Assembly: GCA_963662285.2 (NCBI GenBank)
Contig: CAXXMV010000008.1
Coordinates: forward strand, 800,001-864,000
Direction of reading: 5' to 3'
DNA length: 64,000 bases
DNA from: a bacterium
Lineage (GTDB): Bacteria; Hinthialibacterota; Hinthialibacteria; Hinthialibacterales; Hinthialibacteraceae
Part shown: in pieces, positions 1 through 8,134 of the stretch
Numbering within the stretch: the first letter of the stretch is position 1
How the letters are laid out: each line of letters opens with the position of its first letter
Program-made: the position numbers and the translations under genes
The notes under the pieces: generated by a model
Seen by the model: only the letters and a program-made list of their open reading frames with translations
Told to the model about the DNA's origin: nothing
Database searches by the model: none

Positions 1-79
1 CCAAAGCCATGTGATGAAATATAATAATGAATTTTTGACATGAATCATCCTATAAATATTTTGTTACATCTACAACTAA

Positions 80-119
80 GTAGGGCGCGTCCCTTGTGGG
101 CGCCCAAGATACCCCCTAC
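80..119 (+). repeat. GTAG-type REP (family B) with partial inverted partner
   Basis: GTAGGGCGCGTCCCTTGTGGGCGCCC...CCCCTAC; near-identical copies at 40095, 57340, 63211. Confidence 0.75.
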
Positions 120-135
120 GGATAACGAATAACAC

Positions 136-2934
136 TCAATTCAACGATGGCGGGATGGTTCGATATGGATTCTCATTCTTCACATCCGGGATGCGAAGTA
201 CATTGCCGAATCGATCAACAGCTTCGATAGCGTATTGAGCGCCTTCTCTGGTAATAGGGAAATTACCCTGAAAAATCTCTCCTACGCCCTCCATTATAAC
301 CTTTGTCCACTTAGCATCAGATGGCAGAGGCTTCCACCAGAATGAGACTGATTCAATTCCTGATGGATCAGTGACTTTTGCAGTAATAAATACCCTGCTT
401 CCCGATTTACTATGCAGATGTTCCAGGTGCGAGCAAAATGGCGGGGTGACGTCATCCGTCACCACCATGGCAAATGGCAGCCGTCCTTCTGGTATTACCC
501 ACGAATCGCCCCATTCCGTCCTTTTCCCGATGAAAAAGTACTGGAATTTGCCTTCCATCAAAACGCTGGGATTCAGTTCGGTATAGAAGACGCCCTCAAG
601 TTGAGTCGAGGCCAACGGAAAACGGGCGGTCTCGCCCACTTGATTCTGATATTGCACAAACATCGAGTCAACTTTGATTTTGGGTGGAATGGATATTGTA
701 AGCAAAGCCGATGAACTGGCGGCGATCTTGGTGACAGGGTAATGCCCCAATCCAGCCGTCCATTCGGTTGTATTGAGCCAGGCGTTATATAATTCGGTTA
801 TGGTTAAACGGTCTTTCTCTTCTTGCGCAGGCATTAATTTCCAATGAAAACGGGCGGTTTTATTGCGCAGAGCATCCAACATGGGGCGGTAATGTAACGT
901 AGTATAGTTCTGAACGTCCTGCCACGCGCTTTCAGACGAAGTCAGTTTTTCAGAAGCAATAATCAACGAAGGAATATCTCCGGTTTGTTGGTATATCTCT
1001 AACTGAATAGCAGCGCCAACCCGGTCCCGCCAATATTGTCCTAACGCCGCCAAAGCCTGAAAATCATACAACCAGGCATTCCACTCTTTCAGAATATCAA
1101 CTTTCGGCTTAATCGAAGAGGAATTGACTGAGCCAGTAGCCGATTGCAATATAGTTCCGGCCTGTTGAGCCAAAACCGCTGCTTCTTCCGCTTCAGTGAC
1201 CGATTCAGCCAATATATCCATTGGAGAACGGCGGCCATCAACCTTATTATTCAACTGAATTTCGACCTCTTCGGTTATCGAACGTATAGTGAATGAATCC
1301 AGCGGCTTTAGTTGGATTATCTCTTTAATGGAACGGGGCGGCTCCAATTCCGGCGCGAAATCAGATTTACCTGGTCCGGCAAAACAGACGCTGCCGATGG
1401 CGGGAATCATCCGGCTGGCTTTTTGCAAAGATTGAAACAACAACGTTCCCGCTTCATCTCCGAAATGTTCCTGAAATTTTCTTTCAAAAAAGATATTGGG
1501 CAATTCCGCATCATAAGCCAACCGGCCCCACAGCAAATACCAATACCAGTCGCGCTGATAGGTCCAGTCATAATACCGCAGATCGGAGCGGATCGGATTT
1601 GTATAGGCGTCGGCGTGGGGCAGAAAAGTGGAATAAGTTTGCAACACGAATCCATTCGCGCCCGAATAAGTCGAATTGGCTAACGCTTGTCGTATAAAAG
1701 CAGCATCACCCCACGGAAAAACCCGGTGCGTGCCGTTAAAGGGAAACTCAAACAGGATGCCATATTTTCGTGGAACATTGAAATAGTTCTGATATGAATA
1801 ACCGGGCCATTCACACATCCGGTTTCCAGTAACCGGATAGGGCAAAACCATGTGATCCCCATTAAACTTAACCTCCAAAACAGAACGGTTGGAGTTGCTA
1901 TCCACCAGTTGAACTACCTGCTCAGGATCAGCCTGCGAAGTGTGTAAAATAAACAACGGTTTATTGGCGCTTTGGTCAATCGCATTCACATAAGTATTCT
2001 GGTAAAAACCAGTAGGAAGACTATCATCTGACGCCATCAAGCCAAGACCATCTAAATCAGGACATGCTTTAAGCAAAGATTCCAAGGCGCCTGACAAGGT
2101 TGTCTGCAATTCAGCGCGATCTATGTTCGAAGAATCCTGCTCGCCCCAATCAATGCCTGAATTAATCAACGATATTGTCAAACCATACTGATGGGCTATT
2201 TGAATAATCCGCTGCAAAGATTTAAGATTGCGGGTTACATCTTCTGTCTTATTAAGGGATTGCGAAGCGATTAGATATGGTAATAGGTTACTGTATTGAG
2301 CGGTTACCAGATCATACACGCCCTGCAGTTCCAGATAATTGAACCGGCTCAAAGAAAGGTTTTTGATGAATCCATGCCAAAACGATTCGGAATGAAACCA
2401 TGAATATGGATCATCCAAAGCCTGCCGGTGAATCATCAACTGAATGCCGCGATTGGGAATCGACGGAGACCGCTTAATCTCCGTCACCCGCTGAGCTATT
2501 GGAATCTGCACCGAACGTTCTATCTGCTCCGCCAGTTCATAACATGCATACATGGCGCCAACCGGATCGCTGCCCAGCGCGTAATAACGTAAACCTCTAT
2601 CCTCAGTAGCTTTAATGATTGATAGCGATTCCCGGTCAACCGGAATCACATCCTTAAACATTTGCGCTTCTTTTTCTATATCAGCCTGAGAATCAAAGGG
2701 CATAACCACGATTTGCAAATCGAAGGATGCTTTATTATCCACCTTTCCAAACGAACGGCGAATAACCCAACCTTGCGATTTCATCACCCGTTCTACTTCC
2801 AATATCCCCATCAATATCGGCCCGGAAGGTTTCTGATGGGGACAAAGGATGCTAACCGTCGCAGCGAATGAAACAGATGAATTCGCCAGCAATATTCCCG
2901 ATGCAATTAATAACCAGAGTCGAATCCGATTCAT
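136..2934 (-). CDS. Large secreted protein, putative glycoside hydrolase-like (GH67/GH115-type N-terminal domain plus barrel)
   Basis: 932-aa ORF; Sec signal peptide ending SFA; ALGSDPVGAMYACYELAEQI followed by NRGIQL resembles the N-terminal domain/barrel junction of such hydrolases; family not certain. Confidence 0.55.
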   Translation of the reverse strand: MNRIRLWLLIASGILLANSSVSFAATVSILCPHQKPSGPILMGILEVERVMKSQGWVIRRSFGKVDNKASFDLQIVVMPFDSQADIEKEAQMFKDVIPVDRESLSIIKATEDRGLRYYALGSDPVGAMYACYELAEQIERSVQIPIAQRVTEIKRSPSIPNRGIQLMIHRQALDDPYSWFHSESFWHGFIKNLSLSRFNYLELQGVYDLVTAQYSNLLPYLIASQSLNKTEDVTRNLKSLQRIIQIAHQYGLTISLINSGIDWGEQDSSNIDRAELQTTLSGALESLLKACPDLDGLGLMASDDSLPTGFYQNTYVNAIDQSANKPLFILHTSQADPEQVVQLVDSNSNRSVLEVKFNGDHMVLPYPVTGNRMCEWPGYSYQNYFNVPRKYGILFEFPFNGTHRVFPWGDAAFIRQALANSTYSGANGFVLQTYSTFLPHADAYTNPIRSDLRYYDWTYQRDWYWYLLWGRLAYDAELPNIFFERKFQEHFGDEAGTLLFQSLQKASRMIPAIGSVCFAGPGKSDFAPELEPPRSIKEIIQLKPLDSFTIRSITEEVEIQLNNKVDGRRSPMDILAESVTEAEEAAVLAQQAGTILQSATGSVNSSSIKPKVDILKEWNAWLYDFQALAALGQYWRDRVGAAIQLEIYQQTGDIPSLIIASEKLTSSESAWQDVQNYTTLHYRPMLDALRNKTARFHWKLMPAQEEKDRLTITELYNAWLNTTEWTAGLGHYPVTKIAASSSALLTISIPPKIKVDSMFVQYQNQVGETARFPLASTQLEGVFYTELNPSVLMEGKFQYFFIGKRTEWGDSWVIPEGRLPFAMVVTDDVTPPFCSHLEHLHSKSGSRVFITAKVTDPSGIESVSFWWKPLPSDAKWTKVIMEGVGEIFQGNFPITREGAQYAIEAVDRFGNVLRIPDVKNENPYRTIPPSLN

Positions 2935-2981
2935 GAATCTCCTCGGTGATAGTAATAAGGTAAATAGTAATTCCTCTTAGA

Positions 2982-3033
2982 AGGTGGTTGCTATCAACCC
3001 TCTCCTGACCTCTCTCAATCTTGGGAGAGGAAT
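2982..3033 (+). repeat. CCCTCTCC/GGGAGAGG hairpin repeat (family C), partial
   Basis: GGTGGTTGCTATCAACCCTCTCCTGACCTCTCTCAATCTTGGGAGAGGAAT matches 21485-21535 and the reverse complement of 40298-40350. Confidence 0.75.
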
Positions 3034-3116
3034 TATAAACCAAGGTACATTATATAACTAAGTCAATACAATATAACTGTTTATTTCCACAAAATCCCTC
3101 GCCCGGATGAATGAAT

Positions 3117-3150
3117 GGGTGGCAAGGGCAGTGTATTTTCTGCCCTTGAT
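3117..3150 (+). repeat. REP family A2
   Basis: GGGTGGCAAGGGCAG-TGTATTTT-CTGCCCTTGAT hairpin; copies at 43669, 43939, 48627, 63761, 63929. Confidence 0.8.
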
Positions 3151-3248
3151 TGAGCCACTAATTATTTCCAGAGTCTCACTAGCGATCTACACGGATAGCA
3201 AAATCATATAGATGATTTCATTTATCAATGGTTATCCGTCATTATCTA

Positions 3249-4574
3249 TTATGTAATACGCATCGGTTGCTTCTTAAGATAAACCAGAGATCGCCATAGC
3301 CATTCTAGTGGCCCCATCTGGAAATACCTAAGCCATATTGGACTATAAATCATTTGAATTAACCATATTGCAAACACAACATAATAGAGTTGGTAATATT
3401 GGAACTGACCGAAAAACCCTAATCCAAAACCGTCAAATATGAAGATGCAAATTATGGTCTGCATGATATAATTGGTAAGCGCCATACGGCCAACTGCCGC
3501 CAATTGATGGTTCAACCATTTAACCCAAGAATGCTTACACATCAGCATTATAAGCCCAATATGCCCCATAGAAACCGCAAATCGGCCTATATCATAGGTG
3601 AACGTTGCCTTGTATATTGCGATAAAGTCATATTCATGATGAATGATATATCTGATTTCAAAGAAATTTATGGTTAATCCAATACCATAACCCAATAGAA
3701 CCATCCGTAAATAAGTGGTTGAACGCAATTTTGCGGAAAACACTCTCCATTTAAACAAAGCCATTCCAATGAAAAACATGCCTATAGCATCAAAAAAACC
3801 CGATTTGTATATATAACTACTCTGAAAAGAAACATTACCCGGTAACAAACTTACAACATTGGAAAAGTATCCTTGACAGCGTTCATCGATTTCTTTTTGT
3901 ATTTGCTTCTCGGTTGGATGGAATTCTTTTCTTTTTTCTTTCCATGCTTTGATTGCCTGTTTTTGTTCATCATTCAATTCTTTACCATTATCTTGGAGCA
4001 TCTCAGCGGCAATCGCTTTGGATTTCATTGTTTCATAAGTGTGGATGGTATAAATAGTTTTTGGAATAAAACTGAGCAGAATGATAATTCCGCATATCAA
4101 TAGCGCTCGCGGACGCAGGTTTCTGAAGGGAAAGATAAAAAGACCGCAAATACCATATATATAAAGAATATCGTACCGCCATAATAATAAATAACAATGA
4201 ATTACTCCAAATATTATAAGCCATAGACAACGGCGATAATAAATATCTGCAACGTGAATGCCACTGCTTTGTCTTTCCAACTTGGTGATTATCAAGATCA
4301 TTCCGGCTCCGAAAAGCATTGAGAAAATAGCACGCATAGTATCTACAACAAACAATGAGCTGATTACCCATAACCAATGGTTCAAACTTACATTTCCACC
4401 CACGGCATTAGGATTATAATATTCCATATTAGGTAATCCAAATCCTATAATATTGATAAACAAGATGCCTAAAAGCGCGAAACCTCGCAGGGTATCGATC
4501 GAAGAAATTCTTTCTTTTTCTTTAACAGGTTGGAAGGTTGTTGAATCAACCAAGGTTGCATCTTGCATGGACAT
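3249..4574 (-). CDS. DUF418 (YeiB-like) membrane protein
   Basis: RISSIDTLRGFALLGILFINI, FSMLFGAG, GRMALTNYIMQT and GPLEWLWR motifs; polytopic. Confidence 0.9.
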   Translation of the reverse strand: MSMQDATLVDSTTFQPVKEKERISSIDTLRGFALLGILFINIIGFGLPNMEYYNPNAVGGNVSLNHWLWVISSLFVVDTMRAIFSMLFGAGMILIITKLERQSSGIHVADIYYRRCLWLIIFGVIHCYLLLWRYDILYIYGICGLFIFPFRNLRPRALLICGIIILLSFIPKTIYTIHTYETMKSKAIAAEMLQDNGKELNDEQKQAIKAWKEKRKEFHPTEKQIQKEIDERCQGYFSNVVSLLPGNVSFQSSYIYKSGFFDAIGMFFIGMALFKWRVFSAKLRSTTYLRMVLLGYGIGLTINFFEIRYIIHHEYDFIAIYKATFTYDIGRFAVSMGHIGLIMLMCKHSWVKWLNHQLAAVGRMALTNYIMQTIICIFIFDGFGLGFFGQFQYYQLYYVVFAIWLIQMIYSPIWLRYFQMGPLEWLWRSLVYLKKQPMRIT

Positions 4575-4740
4575 TTAAGATTCCCTTCTTGTAATACGAA
4601 TTTGGTTATTTAACTTATAACATATCACCTTCTTATGTTCTACGCTGATCCAACCAAATCAGCATAGATGTTTCACAACAGCAAAAGATTTCCTTGGCTT
4701 ATTCATATCAATATTGTTATAATGCATAAAAGGAGATGGT

Positions 4741-5110
4741 ATGCCAGCAACACGGTTGTTCTTTTACAAAGAGGGGGACGGAAGCATCCCATTGGTGAAC
4801 TGGTTTTATACCATCCCCCCAAAAGCCCTCGCCAAATGCCGGGATCGTATAAAAAGGTTAAAAAAAACTAGGCCATGAGATACGAAGACCGCATGGCGAT
4901 TATTTAAGGGATGACATCTACGAATTACGAGCGTCACTGGAAGGTGTTCACTATCGCATGTTGTACTTTTTCCATGGAAATACAGCAGTAGTTATTTCTC
5001 ATGGGATAATCAAAGAAAAAAAAGTACCTTCGAAAGAAATCGACCGGGCGATAGAGCGAAGAAGGATTTTTTTAGAAAATCCGAAACAACATACACATGA
5101 GGTGATTTAG
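4741..5110 (+). pseudogene. RelE/HigB (Gp49-like) toxin, frameshifted in an A8 run
   Basis: ATG 4741 after AAGGAG; MPATRLFFYK...RIKRL then one extra A at 4860-4867; shifted frame continues LGHEIRRPHGDYLRDDIYELR...TAG 5110; paralogous to 7374-7748. Confidence 0.85.
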
Positions 5111-5112
5111 CC

Positions 5113-5433
5113 ATGAATAAAAGAAAACCAACCACTGACGGCGAAGAAATCATGCACCGCCTGTTTTTTGAAGGTAAACCGGAAATGATGGCCTTTCTCG
5201 AAGAAGAACGGGCCAATGCGGATGTTGCGCAAAGCATTTATGATTTACGCCAGGAAGCAGGATTAACCCAACAGGAATTAGCTGATTTAATAGGTACAAA
5301 ACAGGCCGTTATTGCGCGCTTGGAGGATGCCGACTATGAAGGGCATTCTCTTTCCATGCTGAACCGGATTGCCGCCGCTCTTAACCGGAAAGTCCGTATT
5401 GAATTCGATCCTGTGGTACAGAAAACAACTTAG
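5113..5433 (+). CDS. HigA-like XRE HTH antitoxin
   Basis: LRQEAGLTQQELADLIGTKQAVIARLE HTH; directly downstream of the toxin. Confidence 0.9.
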   Translation: MNKRKPTTDGEEIMHRLFFEGKPEMMAFLEEERANADVAQSIYDLRQEAGLTQQELADLIGTKQAVIARLEDADYEGHSLSMLNRIAAALNRKVRIEFDPVVQKTT

Positions 5434-5582
5434 TTGCATCCAGTTTGGGTAACTGTTCAACCAATAAATTTGAGCCGGATGCAAGGGCGAGACCATATTG
5501 CAGTCAGCCATTATTATCAAAACACAGTATCTTATAAAATGACTAAATGTAATGTTATCCCCGCTGACAGTAATAAAAAAAA

Positions 5583-5616
5583 TTGACAAACTTCGCAAAT
5601 ATGCGAAACTATAATT
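5583..5616 (+). promoter_or_regulatory. Promoter with palindromic operator for TA module 2 (probably leaderless mRNA)
   Basis: TTGACA at 5583; TTCGCA-AATA-TGCGAA at 5592-5607; no Shine-Dalgarno before ATG 5617. Confidence 0.6.
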
Positions 5617-5976
5617 ATGCCGAAGATTATTTTCTATAAAGAAGAAGATGGAACCGTTCCTTTATTGGAATGGTTTAATGGACTTCCTGAGAAGGCTTTG
5701 GATAAATGCACGGCTAAGATTGAGCGACTTGAAGAACAGGGGCATAACCTTCGCAGACCGGAAGCGGATTATTTGCAAGAAGGGATATACGAACTGCGAA
5801 TTCGTTTTCAAAGCGTCAATTATCGTATTTTGTACTTCTTTTTTGAAAGAATAGCGGTGGTTCTATCTCATGGATTAACCAAGGAAAAGAAAGTTCCACA
5901 AGTGGAAATAGACAGAGCTATTGCGAGAAAAATCAAGTTTGAAGAATCCCCTGATAAACATGGATATGAGGAATAA
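5617..5976 (+). CDS. RelE/HigB (Gp49-like) toxin
   Basis: GHNLRRPEADYLQEGIYELR, YRILYFF, VLSHGLTKE motifs. Confidence 0.9.
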   Translation: MPKIIFYKEEDGTVPLLEWFNGLPEKALDKCTAKIERLEEQGHNLRRPEADYLQEGIYELRIRFQSVNYRILYFFFERIAVVLSHGLTKEKKVPQVEIDRAIARKIKFEESPDKHGYEE

Positions 5977-5981
5977 ATAAA

Positions 5982-6317
5982 ATGGATACTGATAAAAAAC
6001 GCTCTAAAACCAATGATGGGTTAGAAATATTGCATCGCCGATATTACGAGGGTAAGCCGGAACGTCTTGAAAGCCTTCAAGAAGAACGGGAACACGCCGA
6101 GGTTGCCCGTAAGATATACGATTTGCGGAAAGAAGCGGGTTTCACCCAAAAGGAACTGGCCGAACGCGTTGGGACCACGCCATCGGTTATTTCCCGTTTG
6201 GAAGCTGCCGATTACGAAGGGCACTCGTTTTCCATGCTGAACAGGATTGCCGCTGCTCTTAATCGGAAAGTCCGTATAGAATTTGATCCCGTAGAGCATA
6301 AAACAAAGGTTGAGTAG
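5982..6317 (+). CDS. HigA-like XRE HTH antitoxin
   Basis: LRKEAGFTQKELAERVGTTPSVISRLE HTH. Confidence 0.9.
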   Translation: MDTDKKRSKTNDGLEILHRRYYEGKPERLESLQEEREHAEVARKIYDLRKEAGFTQKELAERVGTTPSVISRLEAADYEGHSFSMLNRIAAALNRKVRIEFDPVEHKTKVE

Positions 6318-6370
6318 CATCCCAACTTTTGAACAGAGCGGTTTTTGAACCATGAGGTAACAAAATAATA

Positions 6371-6399
6371 TTGACATCCCGGCAAATTGCCGGTAAAAT
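6371..6399 (+). promoter_or_regulatory. Sigma70 promoter with operator palindrome for DUF1778-GNAT module
   Basis: TTGACA-N17-TAAAAT; spacer contains CCGGCAA-A-TTGCCGG. Confidence 0.8.
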
Positions 6400-6418
6400 G
6401 ATGGGAAAGGAGAAAAAT

Positions 6419-6697
6419 ATGAAAGCTCTTGAAAAGTCCAGATTAGAGGCTCGAGTTACTCCACAACAAAAAGAACTCTTTATTCAGGCTGCGGCTGTTT
6501 CTGGAATGTCCTTATCCGATTTTGTAAAATCAGCACTTATAGAAAAAGCCAATAATACATTGCGTGATAGTAATATTATAGAATTGTGCCTCGAAGACCA
6601 ACAACAATTAGCCAATCACCTTTTAAGGCCGCTTAAAACCCCTGCTAAATTTAAGAAATTAATGGCATGGCGCAAAGAACAAGAACAACATGCCTGA
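6419..6697 (+). CDS. DUF1778 RHH antitoxin (TacA/AtaR-like)
   Basis: SRLEARVTPQQKELFIQAAAVSGMSLSDFV; start moved to ATG 6419 after AAGGAG because the track's TTG is the -35 box. Confidence 0.9.
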   Translation: MKALEKSRLEARVTPQQKELFIQAAAVSGMSLSDFVKSALIEKANNTLRDSNIIELCLEDQQQLANHLLRPLKTPAKFKKLMAWRKEQEQHA

Positions 6698-7211
6698 TTT
6701 TTTCAAAACATATAGCATTACCCCTTTGAGCAAAAAGCATAATCGAAATTCTTTTGATTGCGGCGTCCAGGAATTAAATGATTATTTTGTGAAAAGGGCT
6801 GGTCAGGATAGCAGGCGAAACGTGGCCTCGATATGGGTTGCAGAAAATAATGACGCCGTAGAAATTGCAGGGTTTTATTCGCTATCTATGGCCGCTGTTC
6901 CGCTTTCTAATCTTTCAGACGATACAAAAAAGAAACTGCCTCGCTATGGAAATGTTCCCGCAGTACGCTTAGGTCGGCTAGCTATATCCAGAAATGAACA
7001 GGGGAAAGGGCTTGGAAAGTATCTGTTAACTGACGCTATTATTCGCTGTCTGAGAGATGAAATTGCCTGGGCCTTGTTTTTGGTTGATGCTAAAAACGAT
7101 ACAGCCCGGAAATTTTATGAAAACTTCGGGTTTTTCTCTTTAAAAGAAAATAAAAATAATTTGTATATACCCCGCACTGTTATTGAAAGGGAATATAGTT
7201 TTGACGAATAA
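6690..7211 (+). CDS. GNAT acetyltransferase toxin (TacT/AtaT-like)
   Basis: FDCGVQELNDY, VPAVRLGRLAIS..QGKGLG, VDAKNDTARKFYENFGF; overlaps antitoxin stop. Confidence 0.9.
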   Translation: MPDFFKTYSITPLSKKHNRNSFDCGVQELNDYFVKRAGQDSRRNVASIWVAENNDAVEIAGFYSLSMAAVPLSNLSDDTKKKLPRYGNVPAVRLGRLAISRNEQGKGLGKYLLTDAIIRCLRDEIAWALFLVDAKNDTARKFYENFGFFSLKENKNNLYIPRTVIEREYSFDE

Positions 7212-7326
7212 ACCTATCTGTTCTCATATTTACACGCTGGATAAATATGGATATGAGGAATGGTTCTGGAGATTACTAGGGTTTGCCTATATCCGCCTTG
7301 ATGTTTCACGACAGTAAGAAATTTTC

Positions 7327-7356
7327 TTGCCCTATTTATAACAAGATTGTTATAAT
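7327..7356 (+). promoter_or_regulatory. Promoter with operator palindrome for TA module 4
   Basis: TTGCCC-N18-TATAAT; perfect TTATAACAA-GA-TTGTTATAA at 7336-7355 overlapping -10. Confidence 0.7.
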
Positions 7357-7373
7357 ACATAAAAGGAGATGGT

Positions 7374-7748
7374 ATGCCGATAATACGTATGGTTTATTAC
7401 CGAACCAAAACTGGAACAATCCCATTGCAGGATTGGTTTGATATTCTTCCTGAAAAAGCCGTTGCCAAATGTCGTGTTCGCATGGATCGACTTCAAGAAA
7501 AAGGCCACGAACTAAGGCGACCTCATGGGGATTATTTGCGAGATGATATCTACGAATTAAGAGCATCCTTGCAAGGCATTCATTACCGTGTTTTGTATTT
7601 TTTTCACGAAAATACTGCCGTTGTGGTATCGCATGGGATCGTTAAAGAAAAAAGAGTGCCGCCAAAAGAGATTGATTTGGCCATCGAGAGAAGAAAGGCT
7701 TTTTTTCAAAATCCGGAACAACACACATACGAGGAGCCATTATTATGA
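7374..7748 (+). CDS. RelE/HigB (Gp49-like) toxin
   Basis: GHELRRPHGDYLRDDIYELR, YRVLYFF; AAGGAG RBS. Confidence 0.9.
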   Translation: MPIIRMVYYRTKTGTIPLQDWFDILPEKAVAKCRVRMDRLQEKGHELRRPHGDYLRDDIYELRASLQGIHYRVLYFFHENTAVVVSHGIVKEKRVPPKEIDLAIERRKAFFQNPEQHTYEEPLL

Positions 7749-8065
7749 GTAAACAAAAATCAACCACAGACGCTATAGAAATTATGCATCGTCGATATTT
7801 TGAAGGTAAACCGGAAATGATGGCTCTTCTTGAAGAAGAACGTGCCAATGCGGATGTGGCGCAAAGCATTTATGATTTACGCCAGGAAGCAGGATTAACC
7901 CAACAGGAATTAGCCGATTTAATCGGAACTAAACAGACCGTTATTGAACGCTTGGAAGATGCCGACTATGAAGGGAATGCTCTTTCCATGCTGAACCGGA
8001 TTGCCGCTGCTCTTAATCGGAAAGTCCGTATTGAGTTTGATCCCGTGGTACAGAAAACAACTTAA
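7745..8065 (+). CDS. HigA-like XRE HTH antitoxin
   Basis: Near-identical to 5113-5433; ATGA overlap with toxin. Confidence 0.9.
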   Translation: MSKQKSTTDAIEIMHRRYFEGKPEMMALLEEERANADVAQSIYDLRQEAGLTQQELADLIGTKQTVIERLEDADYEGNALSMLNRIAAALNRKVRIEFDPVVQKTT

Positions 8066-8134
8066 TTACTCACTTTCAGAGTAATTGTTCAACCAGTGAA
8101 TTTGAGCCCTTGATTCTATCATTTCCGATTGTAT

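Noticed and set aside
4667-8110. Integron cassette array
   Set aside because: No convincing attC (RYYYAAC...GTTRRRY) structures or integrase seen.
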